Positions 37,703 through 48,975 of a stretch of 64,000 nt of DNA are shown one piece after another; the first letter of the stretch is position 1; every line of letters starts with the position of its first letter. The position numbers and the translations under genes were made by a program. The notes under the pieces are model-generated. The model searched no databases. It worked only from the letters and a program-made list of their open reading frames with translations, and was not told the origin of the DNA. This DNA comes from Leucoraja ocellata (taxonomy: Eukaryota). The stretch spans positions 6,014,001 through 6,078,000 of the forward strand of contig JAWMAR010000030.1 of NCBI GenBank assembly GCA_036785375.1, in the 5' to 3' direction.

Positions 37703-38467
37703 TATGTCATTAAAACCTCCTTCTTTCATCTCCGCAACATCGCCAAACTCAGACCCTCTCTCACACCGCCCGCTGCTGAAAGACTCATCCATGCCTTCAT
37801 CTCCTCCCGACTGGACTATTGCAACTCACTTCTCCTTGGCATCAGCTCCACCTACATCAACCGACTCCAACTGGTCCAGAACACAGCCGCCCAACTCATC
37901 ACCCATACCAAATCCTGGCATCACATCACTCCAGTCCTCAAACAACTTCACTGGCTTCCCATCTCCCACCGGATCATCTACAAAATCCTGATCCTCACCT
38001 ACAAAGCCCTCCACCATCTCGCCCCCCCCCCCCCCCCCCCCCCCATATCTCAGACCTCCTCTCCTCCTACCAACCCTCACGGTCCCTCAGATCCACATCA
38101 GCCGATCTTCTCTCCATCCACGTCCAACCTCCGCAGTTTTGGGGACAGAGCCTTCTCCAGGGCAGCTCCCAGGCTCTGGAACTCCCTCCCCCAACTGATC
38201 CGCGTGTCCCTCACCATCTTCCAGTCCCGCCTCAAGACCCATCTCTTCACCTCTGCCTATCCTTAGGCCCCACGTGCCGTCCCTTTTCATCTGTGCATTA
38301 ATTGCCTCATATTGTGTTTTGTATTGAATTCTGTATTTACTTTGTGTACTAGTCATGTCTCTGCTATTTATTTCATTCCCCTTACATGTTTTTCCTCTAC
38401 CTGCTAAATTTTTGTAAGGTGTCCTTGAGACTCTTGAAAGGCGCCCATAAATAAATTTATTATTATT
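37703..38467 (+). mobile_element. L2-clade LINE 3' fragment
   Basis: HLRNIAKLRPSLT..LIHAFISSRLDYCNSLL..LQLVQN..HITPVLKQLHWLPI..GDRAFSRAAPRLWNSLP, with frameshifts around a poly-C run. Tail ..gaaaggcgcccataaataaatttattattatt. Confidence 0.92.
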
Positions 38468-39720
38468 AACCTGGTGTGCACAATCAAGTAAGATCAAATA
38501 GAACAAGTTGTCCTACAACTTTAGACTGTGCACGCCATACGCAAGAAGAAGACGTTGTTAAAAGAAAGAAAGAATACATTTGTGAGGTGCTTTGCAGAAC
38601 CTATGATTGCCTCAGTGCAATTTACATCCACTTTTGTGGTACAGTCACCTTTGTAGTTTTGATATTTAGTGACAATTAAGAATCGTTCCAATATTATTCC
38701 AGAATGGGGACTCGGAAATGAATTGAAAGCAAATGTCAGTATCCTCCTCCCCTCTTATCTCATGGAGGATTTATTTGGCATCTGACCTCCAAAATCTTTT
38801 GGCCGCTGCCCGCGTTAATGTTGCAGGCGTGCCGAATGATTCAATCAGATCTAGCGAGTTTCTACATCATGTGCGAATATTCCCAATTACCAGCCAGGTT
38901 GACCAAATCAACGGGCTTGGCAAAGATTTTGCTGAAAATAATTCAGCTGGTCACGTGTGTATATCCGTGTTGAAGGATCCTGCTGGAGATGCATTGGAGC
39001 CGGGTGATATTGATTCCACGCGCATAGCCTCAGCAACAGGGTAAATCGATATGATACATGTGCAATCCTGAGAAGAGTTTGGCTCCTGCAAAATCCCCCG
39101 CGGTACGCACACGCCGCCGTTCAAAGTTAGTCTGACTTTACCGACCGCTTTGACACGTTCGGGGTCTTTGCCCCAAGTAATTTGAGATCAAAGTTTAAAG
39201 TACTTGGCCGGTGCGAAAACGGAATCGAGCATAATAGCAGTAAATTATGTCGAAATACGGTGATTGTGTGTGTGTGTGTGTGGCCCGAACTCCGTAAACT
39301 ATTTGCAGATGAAGGCAACTTCTGGGGTGTCTCTTGGTATGAGTCTTTCTTTCTGGCAATCCCTTCCCTCCATCCAATTTGGGGGGCAGTTAAGCGTATT
39401 TCCCTCGTCTCCCTTGGTTTGAGGGTCTCTTTCTCGGCAGGGCACTGAGCACGTATCTTTGGAAAGGAGATATATCGCTATCGGTCGTCCCGCGCTCTCT
39501 CTCTCATTTCTCTGCGGGCTGGGGTCCAAAAGGGGGAGGGGGAAGAAAATGCTTTGCTCGGGTACGGATCTCAATGAGTGTTGCGGTGCCTACTTCTCGC
39601 CCCTACCCCACCACCTCTCTGTCTTGGAGTATCTCTCTTTCATCTGGGATCCCTCCTCCGTTGGGGGCTCTCCCTGACCGGGTGTGGGGCGGGGGTTAAT
39701 GTGCTGGGCCGCTGTCCTAC

Positions 39721-39825
39721 CTTGGCGACTCGAAGCGGCATGTTTTGTTGGGATCCTCCATGTAGCCTGAAACCCCAGGGCGCGCCACCACTCAAGGTGA
39801 CCAGGGTTTCTTCGCCGGTCCCCAT
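39721..39825 (-). CDS. SYNPO2L: SYNPO2L exon 1, coding part (N-terminal part of PDZ domain)
   Basis: MGTGEETLVTLSGGAPWGFRLHGGSQQNMPLRVAK with the PWGFRL PDZ signature. ATG in good context (GAGGTCATGG). Donor AAG|gtagga. 105 nt, phase 0, joins exon 2 in frame. Confidence 0.94.
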
Positions 39826-39840
39826 GACCTCCTTGTCTCT

Positions 39841-39900
39841 TCAGCAAACGCTATGTCCCCGGGAGGTCTCCATAGCCCTGGTTCTCGCCATCATTCACAT
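39841..39900 (-). other. uORF cluster in SYNPO2L 5' leader (ATG-TGA, then MMARTRAMETSRGHSVC*)
   Basis: Minus strand: ATG TGA ATG ATG GCG AGA ACC AGG GCT ATG GAG ACC TCC CGG GGA CAT AGC GTT TGC TGA, then 15 nt to the main ATG. All are in the main frame. Valid only if the TSS lies upstream of these ATGs. Confidence 0.5.
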
Positions 39901-41204
39901 CTTGAGCGAGGTGACTGGTTGCGGCCGCCGGGAGGTCAGTGCGAGACACTCGTTTGTGCTCTCCTCCCCACAGTAAAGCAGCAACAAACGTAAGGGGCTC
40001 TTGGTTGAAAGCCAAATTTCAGCACATGTTACGTCAATCTCACAGCGCTACTGTGGAAAGATCCATAAGGAGAATGCAAATGCCTGAGTTCAGGTTTAAA
40101 ACACCACTTTAAATGTCAGCTGAAGTGACCCTTCTTGGTTTTATCTGTTTTGTCAGCACCAAAAACAACACCAAAGGCATAATGCTGGGATATGCGATTA
40201 GGTACCAATTGTTTCCAGGATTTGCAAAGCGAGTTGCAGCGAAAGTATTTTTGGGACATTTGTTCAATTCGAAAACTTAATTGTGAAAGGATAATATCCG
40301 TTCCTGATTGTTTCGGCCATGCTCTGGGTTCCAATTTAATTTCGGTTTAGATTGCAAAGAATAACATTGAGGTCGTTTCAGGTGTTGAATATGCGGACAC
40401 TCGCTACGCCAGAAATATTAATTGTGCACATTATTACATAGGAATTGCCGCTTCACAACATTAATGCCAAAACAGCGTTTGATTCTGCAGGAAGATTTGC
40501 TTGAATAAGTCACAATGTTATGTTAAAATTGGATATTTCAAACTGTACAGTCAAATACATAGCATCCCAGTCACTGTTGCGCGGTTGGAAACGAAGCAGC
40601 TATTTTTTTGCCTGACAGAGCGATTTATTTCAGTAAGATTTTCACAAATATAAAAAGTATCTCTCTCTGCACAGATGCTGCTTGCATTCCTGAGTCCAAT
40701 TCAGATTTATTTGTGTTTTTCCCCCATATATTGTTTAATTATCTGCTTTGCAATAGTTACATTGGGATAGTTAATATTCGCCTAAGTAAACAGACCCGAG
40801 ATGAACTTATGAATACACTGTACGGCCATTCAGCCCATCAGGTCCATGCCAGGTCCGCAAAGACCATTTGTTTCCCTCGGGAGTCCTGCAAATAATTATC
40901 TTACATATGGACATAAAGGTTTGTTGTAACTCAAGTTATTCCTTCACTCCATAGATGCTGCCTCACCTGCTGAGTTTCTCCAGCATTTTTGTCTACCTTT
41001 TGGATTCCTTGCTCTCTATAGGGTGGGTCAGATTAAGTCCTCAACCCAGAACATTAATGCAACTTCTCATTGCCAAATTTGCTGAATGTTTTTTGTTTTA
41101 AATTTAAATCGGCAGCACCTTTATTTTTTATGATGACTTTGAAAGGCACTGAGAGTATGGATGCTGAGAGGTTGTTCTTCTAGAGCAGGTGTCTGCAAGT
41201 AGTA

Positions 41205-41970
41205 GCCCAAAGTCCGATATCTACTGTTTCCGTGGTTCGATGTGTGGACTTTTATACATCGGCGAGACCAAACATTGACTGGGCGATCGTTTTGCTGAAC
41301 ACCTATGCTGGGTCTGTCTATACGAGGTTTCGGCCTGAAACGTTGCCTATTTCCTTCGCTCCATAGATGCTGCTGCACCTGCTGAGTTTCTCCAGCATTT
41401 TTGTGTACCTTCCATTTTCCAGCATCTGCAGTTCTTTCTTAAACACTGGGTCTATACGACGTGGGCTTACGCGATCCCCTGGTTGCCAAACACTTTAACT
41501 CCCCTTCCCATTCTGACCTTTCTGTCCTGTGCCCCCTCTGATGTCAGATTGAGGCCAAACCCAAATTGGAGCACAAATTTTGCTTCGACAGCTTACACCC
41601 CAGTGGCATGAGTATTGATTTCCCTAACTTCAAGTAACGCTTGCAGCCCCCTCTTTCTCTCTCCATCATTCCTCCATCCTAGTCATTGTACTAGTCTCTC
41701 TCTCGGTGGGTTTCATTGAATGTATAACTTGTTTTCTCCTAGTCCGCAGCTAACAACGTACCACATTTCCTTGATCATCGTTAAGTTTGTCTGCATTTCT
41801 TTCATTCATCTGTTCTATATTTCTCTCTATCATCATCCATATCTCTCGTTGCCATTTCCCCTGACTGTCTGAAGAAGGACATATAATTAGTGTACTGGAG
41901 TCTGAAGCAGGGTCTAGACCCGGAATGTCATATATTCCTTCTCTCCATAGATGTTGCCTGATCCGCTGAG
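41205..41970 (+). mobile_element. Penelope-like element 3' fragment (GIY-YIG endonuclease remnant plus pLTR)
   Basis: CGLLYIGETKH*LGDRFAEHL..VAKHFNSPSHS..PSGMSIDFPNFK*, followed by the same short repeat found throughout the window. Interrupted at ~41325-41445 by another pLTR-type copy. Confidence 0.85.
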
Positions 41971-42229
41971 ACCGAGGGTCACCAATGAGGTAGATAGTTG
42001 TTCAGGACTCTAACTATGAACCAGTCCATTTAACACAACCACGGGGTCTTTCTTATAAATCAAACTGATCTCTATCAGCTAGATAGAAACAAAAGCTGGA
42101 GTAACTCAGTGGGACAAGCAGGATCTGTGGAGAAGGAATGGGTCGAGACCCAGTTACTCCGGTATTTTGTGTCCATCTTCGGTGTAAACCAGCATCTGCA
42201 AAACACATCCTTATCGGCTTACGAACGGG

Positions 42230-42860
42230 AATGGTTGGGGATCAGGCCCTGCTGTGTGTGTGGGGCCTGGGGCCGCCTCCCTCGACCGACGGCGGCAGCA
42301 ACTTCTTCTCCTCTCAACGCCGGCAAATGGCGCCGGGCTTCACTGCGCGCAGTGAGCATGCGCCACACCCGGCAGCTTGTTGTGCGCCGTGACGCAGCGC
42401 GTGCGTCATTGCGTCAGCACGGCAGGCGGGCGAGAGACGGACGTGGCAGCGAGCGGAGAGAGGCCTCGGGAAGGCGGTGAGTAGCCGGCGGAGTAGTCGC
42501 GGACCCGGCCGGGGGGGCTCGGGCTCGGGCTTTCAGCCGGCTCTGGCATGGACTGGACCACCGGTGGGCACGAATGGCATAGGCCTAGGCCTTTGCTTGA
42601 CGGTGTGAGGCCAAGGCTTAGCCCGATGTAGGCGGTGGATGGGCCGGGGCCGGAGCCGGCGGCTGGTAGCTGGGGCCCGGCCCGGCCCCATGCAGCCTGG
42701 GGCAGTCGTGAAGCGTTAAGTGGGCTGGAGCTTCCAGGGAATCGTCCCACGGGAGTGCCACAAGTACAAGGCCTCCACTCCCTCAGTTCAGGGCCTTGCC
42801 GGCGTTTCGTTGAATCAGGTTTGCGCCCAAAGGCGGGTGAGGCCAAGTCTTGGGCCTGAA
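42230..42860 (+). promoter_or_regulatory. CpG-island promoter of SEC24C
   Basis: Very GC/CpG-rich. YY1-type CAAATGGCG at 42324-42332, NRF1-like TGCGCGCA/GCATGCGC at ~42344-42363, three CRE/ATF-like TGACGCA/TGCGTCA sites at 42390-42416, GACGTGG at 42440-42446. Confidence 0.85.
42400..42476 (+). other. SEC24C: SEC24C non-coding first exon (5' boundary approximate)
   Basis: Strong donor GCG|gtgagt at 42476/42477 inside the CpG island. The next exon starts at acceptor tttcag|55347 and holds the start codon. Confidence 0.7.
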
Positions 42861-43274
42861 GAGACGGGAATGATGTTGAGCAGGATCCTTTGCTGGTTTC
42901 GACGCATTTCCGCATTTCCCCCCCGATTCTTAACATACGCTGGACTCCTCTGCTGTACAATTTCCCTATTGAACCCTCTTGACCATGTGATGTGCCATTG
43001 GTTGAGGCCACTTTATTTACTGAAGTTGTAGTATGAAATATTGTAGCGTATTTCAGTACATCCTGGCGCATCAGATGGGGGATGTGATCACCTGCAGTTG
43101 ACGTTTTTTTACATTTGTTCTCTATTTCTCTACATCGTCGTCTCTCTCTCGTTTCCCTTTCCCCAGACTAGTCTAAAACAGTCTCGACCCGAAACGTCAC
43201 CCATTCCTTCTCTCCAGAGATGCAGCCTGTCCTGCTGGGTTACTCCAGTTTTTTGTGTCTATCTTCTTTTTTTA

Positions 43275-43575
43275 TTTAGAGTCATAGATTAAGACAGTGT
43301 GGAAACAGGCCTCTCGGCCCAACTCGCCCACACCTAGTCCCACTTGCCTGCGTGCGTTTGGTCCATAACCCTCCAAACCTGTCTTATCCATGTACCTGTC
43401 CAACTGTTTCTTAAATGATGGGATAGTCCAAGCCTGAACTACCTCCCCTGGCAGCTTGTTCCATACACCCATCACCCTCTGAGTGGAAAATGTTACCTCG
43501 AGGATCTTTTCCCCTTCACCTTGAACCTATGCCCTCTGGTCCTCGATTTCCCTACTCTGGGTAAAAGACTCTTGG
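43275..43575 (-). mobile_element. CR1-type LINE 3' fragment
   Basis: GVWNKLPGEVV..FKKQLDRYMDKTGLEGYGPNA and tail gcctgtttccacactgtc. Confidence 0.85.
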
Positions 43576-43644
43576 TAAAAGTACCCGATCCATTTGTGGA
43601 ATGGCAGAGGTTCTGCAGAAAACTTATCAATGCATCAAAATGCA

Positions 43645-45115
43645 ACTGATTTAAATATTTTTATTTGACTTTCACAGCAATTTGCATACATACAATGGTA
43701 ACAGACAGTGCCGGTCAAGGCATAATTGTGCAACAGTATGTAAGCGACCCTCAAAGCCCTTGCCCTTACCCACCCGAATCGGGTCGAAACCAAACAGGAA
43801 CAAACAACACTCACATACATACACATCCACACAAATATGGTAAGATAAACGAAACAAAAAGTACTTGTATAAAAAAAAAGGTCACTAATAACAGTAAATA
43901 AGTCAGTAATTAAATAAATAAGTGGGGGGGGGGGGGGTGTTAAGGGGAGAGCAGCTGCAGTAGAGCAGAACAATGGTGGAGAGCACTCAGTCTTCTTCCG
44001 AGTCCGGGGACAAGTTGAGAGAGTTAACAAGTTCCAAGAAAGGGTTCCATGTATCTAGGAATGTCTTGGTAGAGCCTTTGAGAGAGAACCTAAGTTTTTC
44101 AAACTTTAAATTGTAAAGCACCTTCTTAATCCAGCGGGTGTGTGTCAGGGGGACAGGTGAGCCTCCAGCAAGATCAGTCTCCGGGCTAACAAGGTTGTAA
44201 AAGCTAGAACCCGTTTCACCGCAACAGAGAGGTTGGTGTTGGGAGGGGTACCAAAAATGGCTGACAGTGGGTTTGGAGGAATAGTCTGGCTGTAGGCTCT
44301 GCTTATCAAGTCGAAAGCACTCCTCCAAAAGGCTGCTAGCTTAGGGCAAGACCAAAACATATGGCTATGGTTGGCAGGAGATTGATTACATCTGTTGCAG
44401 GTGTCCCTAACAGCGGGGTAAATTCTAGATAATCTTGCATTTGTGTAGTGGACTTTGTGAAGGACTTTGCATTGGATTAGGCCATGACGGGCACATATGC
44501 AGGAAGAATGGGTCAAGTCCAAGGCAGAGTCCCATTGTTGGTCTGTTAGTTTTGTATTCAGCTCACCCTCCCACGCAGCTTTTAATGAGGTATGAGGTTT
44601 CAATATAAACGACCCTAACAAGTTATACAAAACAGAGATGCATTTCTTCCGGTTGGGATCTAGAGCTAAGATGGTATCGGTCAGGGTTTCAGGGGGGCGA
44701 TTTGGGAAATGGGGGAATGTCTTCTTCGCAAAATCCCTAATCTGGAAAAAACGAAAAAGGTGGGAGTTTGGGAGGCTATAGTTGGACGAGAGCTCCGCAA
44801 AAGACGAAAAGATGCCATCCTTGTATAGGTTTTTGATACTACTGATACCGTTGCTATGCCAGGTTTTGAATGCGTGGTCTGTACTTGAAGGTTTAAAGAT
44901 GTGGTTTTTAAGCAGTGGGGTCAAGATGGAAGGGCCTTGTAAACAGAAGTTTTTCCTGAGTTGACTCCATATCTTGAGCGAGAGGGATGAAATTGAGCCT
45001 GCACCCACAGATGTTATAGAAGGGGCAGTTGGGAGCATAGGACAGACCGCAACGGGAGATGTGAACTCGCCTTTTCCATGTGTACCCAGGTCGGTAGGTG
45101 GTCGCAATCATCATT
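43645..45115 (-). mobile_element. L1-clade LINE, 5'-truncated (ORF2 C-terminal Cys-rich domain plus 3' UTR)
   Basis: LKIWSQLRKNF..LFRFFQIRDF..KVLHKVHYTNARLSRIYP..CNRCNQSPANHSHMFWSCPKLAAFW..LARRLILL. Frameshifts near 45015 and 44170. ORF ends ..WNPFLE..DSEED* at 43987. AATAAA near 43660. Confidence 0.9.
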
Positions 45116-45328
45116 CATCCAATACAGGAGTTTTGCAACTTTTACATTAATCTGACCGAAGAGATGAGTGAACATCTCACCTGATAGAGGAGATGAGTTG
45201 GTCTCACCCGAAAGTTGAGATGAGTTGATTTAACTGTTCAATTGTCTCGTATAATGAAGTGCAGTGGACAACTTGCATGCTAATAAATCAAATCAGATAA
45301 TACTATACACATATAACCAAGGCAAAAT

Positions 45329-45870
45329 GTGTAGGAAGGAACTGCAGGTGCTGGTTTACACACAAGATAGACACAAAAATCCAGCGTAACTCAGAGAGTC
45401 AGACAGCATCTCTGGAGAAAAGGAATAGATGATGTTTCTGGTTGAGGCTCTTCAGATTGAGTGTCAGGGGAGAGGGAAGCAAGACATATGAAAAGGTACA
45501 CAGATCGTCCAGTCTGCACTTGGCATCGCTGATATCGGAGTCCAGACCTGGAACAGCGGATACAGTAGATGAGTTTGGAGGAGATGTAAATGAACTCTTT
45601 CTTACCTGAAAGGACGGTTGAGGTTCTTGGACAGAGTTGAGTGAGGAGGTATATGGTCAGGCATTGCACCTCCTATGGTTGCTGGGGAAGGTACCTGGGG
45701 AGGCGGTGATTTGGGTGGGAATATTAACCAGTTGCTGTCTAGGGAAAGGGGGGGAGATGGTAAGATGTGACGAGTGGTGGGATCCCGTTGTAGTTGGCAA
45801 AAATGTTGGAGGATTATGTGCTGTATGCAACGGCTGATGGGGTTAAAGATGAGGACTTGCGGCAAGTACA
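45329..45870 (-). mobile_element. Penelope-like element fragment with internal deletion plus pLTR
   Basis: QHIILQHFCQLQRDPTTRHILPSPPLS and SSKLIYCIRCSRSGL segments, followed by the pLTR-type repeat. Confidence 0.8.
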
Positions 45871-46489
45871 AGTACAAAATATGGAATGATGAGCAGGGTA
45901 CAGAGAGCAGAATATAGATCTCGGTGTTGTATCGTAGTACTTCTAGAGACAAAGTTCAATGTCTGCAATGAGGCATGCCGGACAAGATCCGAGCTTATCG
46001 AAGGACCGATCAGAAGTCTGAACACAGAGGCTCACCAAAAAAAAAGCTGAGTTGATGCCTCACCAGACAGAAGGCTCGTTTAGCAGTGTGGTGCTACTCC
46101 ATAAAGAGTAGTATCCTCTGGCATTGCTTTACTCAGTCAGGTTAGATTATTGTGATTGCACTTTTATTTACTCCAGGCCAGCTGAAGAAAGGTCCTGGCC
46201 AGAAACATAATTTGTCTATTCCCTCCACAGATGCTACCTATCCATTTGATTTCCTTTATTTTTTTGATCAAGATTCCATCATTGGCAGTTTTTTCTGAAT
46301 TGTTCGAGAAGTGGTTTTGTCAGCACCTTGTAATTCATTAATTTTCAGGTGAAGCTACTCCTGAGGTGGGACATGGATCCACAGACTTCTGATTTGGGAG
46401 TTGTCCACTAATCAGTGCCAACACCTCCTCTGGAGATGCATTTTGTTCACACTTAAGGACACTTGTTCCTGGATAGTTTGAGTTGTAGA

Positions 46490-47300
46490 GCTATACAGCA
46501 GAAACTATCTCTTTGGCTCACCTTGTTTAATCTGACCATGTTTGGACCTTTTGGCTCATCCCATTTTCCTATATTTGACCCATAGCCCTCTGAACTCTTC
46601 TGATCATATATTTGTCAAGAAGGCTTTTGGAATTTGTAATTGCATTTGCTTCTAAAGCTTGCTCTGGCAGTTCATTCCAGATACGGACAATTTTCTGAGT
46701 GGAAAAGGTTACCCCTGATGACCCACTTAAATCTCTCTACTCTCATCATAAGCCTTTGACTTCTAGTATTTGAATCTTCTACCCTGGGGAAATTAGCTAT
46801 GAGCGTTCATGTGATCCATGCCCCGCATTATTTTGTCAACCTCAGTAATGTCATCGCTCGGCCTCCTACACTACAAAGGGAAAAGTCTCATCCATTGCAA
46901 CCTCTCCCTATAACTCAAGCCAACAGGTCTCAGTTACATATGGGTATTGTCTTCTGCTCCCTGTCTAACTTAATAACACCCTTCCTTTAGCTAGGTGATC
47001 AGAACGGCGCACAGTACTCCAAAGGCAATCTTGCCCATGTTTTGTACAGCTGCATTATGATGTCACAACTTTTGTACTCTATGTTCTTCCCATTGAAGGC
47101 AAGCATGCTAAATGTTGCCTTCACTGTCCTGTTCACAAGACTTACCACTTTCAGGGAACTGTGCACCTGTACTCGCTGATCTCTCTGTTTTCCAACGTTT
47201 TCCAGGGCTTATTGTACACACCCTGCTCTGGATTGACATATCAAAGTGCAACTACTCACTCATGCCAGACTTAAATCGCATTTTCCATTCTTTGGTATCT
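46490..47300 (-). mobile_element. Old CR1-type LINE fragment
   Basis: Degenerate similarity to the younger CR1 copies (gaacggcgcacagtactccaa corresponds to LEYCAPF). Confidence 0.7.
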
Positions 47301-48529
47301 ACCCAAGATCCCATTGTAAACTTGGATATGCTTCCTCACTGTCAATTTTCCTCTTTGAACAGCATGAATGAGATTCAACTAAGTTGTTAAATTATTGGTT
47401 GTTGGTTCATGAGAAATTGGTACCAGTTAGGTGTACTGGAAAGTTTATGATTGTGGTAGATAGGCTGGTGATTTTTTTGCCATGCTGCTGCATTGAGTTG
47501 TTGTGCATCCAAGGATTGCCTGTTGGGGAATCTCTGAAATCTAATGGTCTTGTGATGTATTCAAATTTGCTAAACTGGAATTAAGCCAAGCTCAGTAATA
47601 GCGTAGCATCTTTAAATGGACTACAGTTTTGATCATTCCCCATGTGCCCACCTAATCTTGTAGGTTACAGATGTCTTGTGTGCATATTCCAGCACACATC
47701 TTGCCATTTCAAGTGACTTGTTGGAACATAAAGAGAAGAACATGTATTTTACTTTAAGATTGTTAGATCACTGCTTTTATATCACTTCCCAGGATAACGT
47801 GGGAGAGTATTTCTTCTTAGACTGAGCCGCAAATTCAGCTCAAAGCTATGTAATCGCATTTTTTCTTTTATTATTTTATCTCCATCACTCTGGGCAGAAT
47901 CATGAAGTGGTTGCATTGTTTGTGTTGCTGCCTATTATGAGAAAAAATATAGATGCTGTTACTTTCCATTCACTTGTCAAGTTTATTTAAAAAATGGCTA
48001 CTTAGTCTGCTTTCTCAGCCCTTTCTAAAATCCTATTCCAACCACATCTAAAATCCAAAAATCATTATTTGGGGCTTCTGCATTTTCATATAATCTTTAC
48101 TCTGAAGTATTCTTTCCCTATTCCCTGTTGTCAATATACATGGCTTAATTTTAACAGCCCTCTCGCATGCCTTCTGCTCTCATTTCAGCAGTTTCTCCCA
48201 AGTTCTATCACCCATTAACTTCTTACCAATAGCTGCTGAATATTTTGACCCATGTCAGTTCTTTGTCCTGCAGTACATTGTTTATTAGTGCATGGTCTTC
48301 TAATGCTAATATGGCCACATTGCATAGGTGTCAATGACCTTTTGCCCTTCATTTTCACTCATACCTCTGCTTTTCCTTTATGGTTGGCGACAGCTTTCCA
48401 TTTGTCATATCATGTGGATTTTTAAACTCTTTTTTGTCAGAGGGCTTTTCTCCTCATCCAAGTTGTCTGTTTTGAGAATTTAAAAATATTTGTCCACTGA
48501 GTACTCTGCAGTGAGTACACCGCAGTCTT

Positions 48530-48975
48530 CATAGAAACATAGAAATTAGGTGCAGGAGTAGGCCATTCGGCCCTTCGAGCCTGCACCGCCATTCAATATG
48601 ATCATGGCTGATCATCCAACTCAGTATCCCGTACCTGCCTTCTCTCCACACCCCCTGATCCCCTTAGCCACAAGGGCCACATCTAACTCCCTCTTAAATA
48701 TAGCCAATGAACTGGCCTCAACTACCCTCTGTGGCAGAGAGTTCCAGAGATTCACCACTCTCTGTGTGAAAAAAGTTCTTCTCATCTCGGTTTTAAAGGA
48801 TTTCCCCCTTATCCTTAAGCTGTGACCCCTTGTCCTGGACTTCCCTAACATCGGGAACAATCTTCCTGCATCTAGCCTGTCCAACCCCTTAAGAATTTTG
48901 TAAGTTTCTATAAGATCCCCTCTCAATCTTCTAAATTCTAGAGAGTATAAACCAAGTCTATCCAGTCTTTCTTCA
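48530..48975 (-). mobile_element. Young CR1/HER1-type LINE 3' fragment, near-identical to 11161-11605
   Basis: By manual comparison, 5 mismatches over 445 bp relative to the copy at 11161. Confidence 0.93.

Larger units (their letters stand above)
38800..40120 (-). promoter_or_regulatory. CpG-enriched promoter/first-exon region of SYNPO2L
   Basis: CpG density is visibly higher than in the flanks and the region surrounds the first coding exon. The TSS cannot be determined from sequence alone. Confidence 0.55.

Noticed and set aside
40020-40125. CArG/TATA boxes upstream of SYNPO2L exon 1
   Set aside because: CCATAAGG has only four A/T bases between CC and GG, and TTTAAA is a weak TATA; not supportable.
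42406-43071. 221-aa minus-strand ORF across the CpG island
   Set aside because: Low-complexity translation typical of stop-poor GC-rich DNA; no recognisable domain.
46182-46212. Hammerhead copy CTGAAGA..GAAACATA on the SEC24C sense strand
   Set aside because: Stem III palindrome is broken (ACAU), stem II closing pair is mismatched, and there is no stem I.
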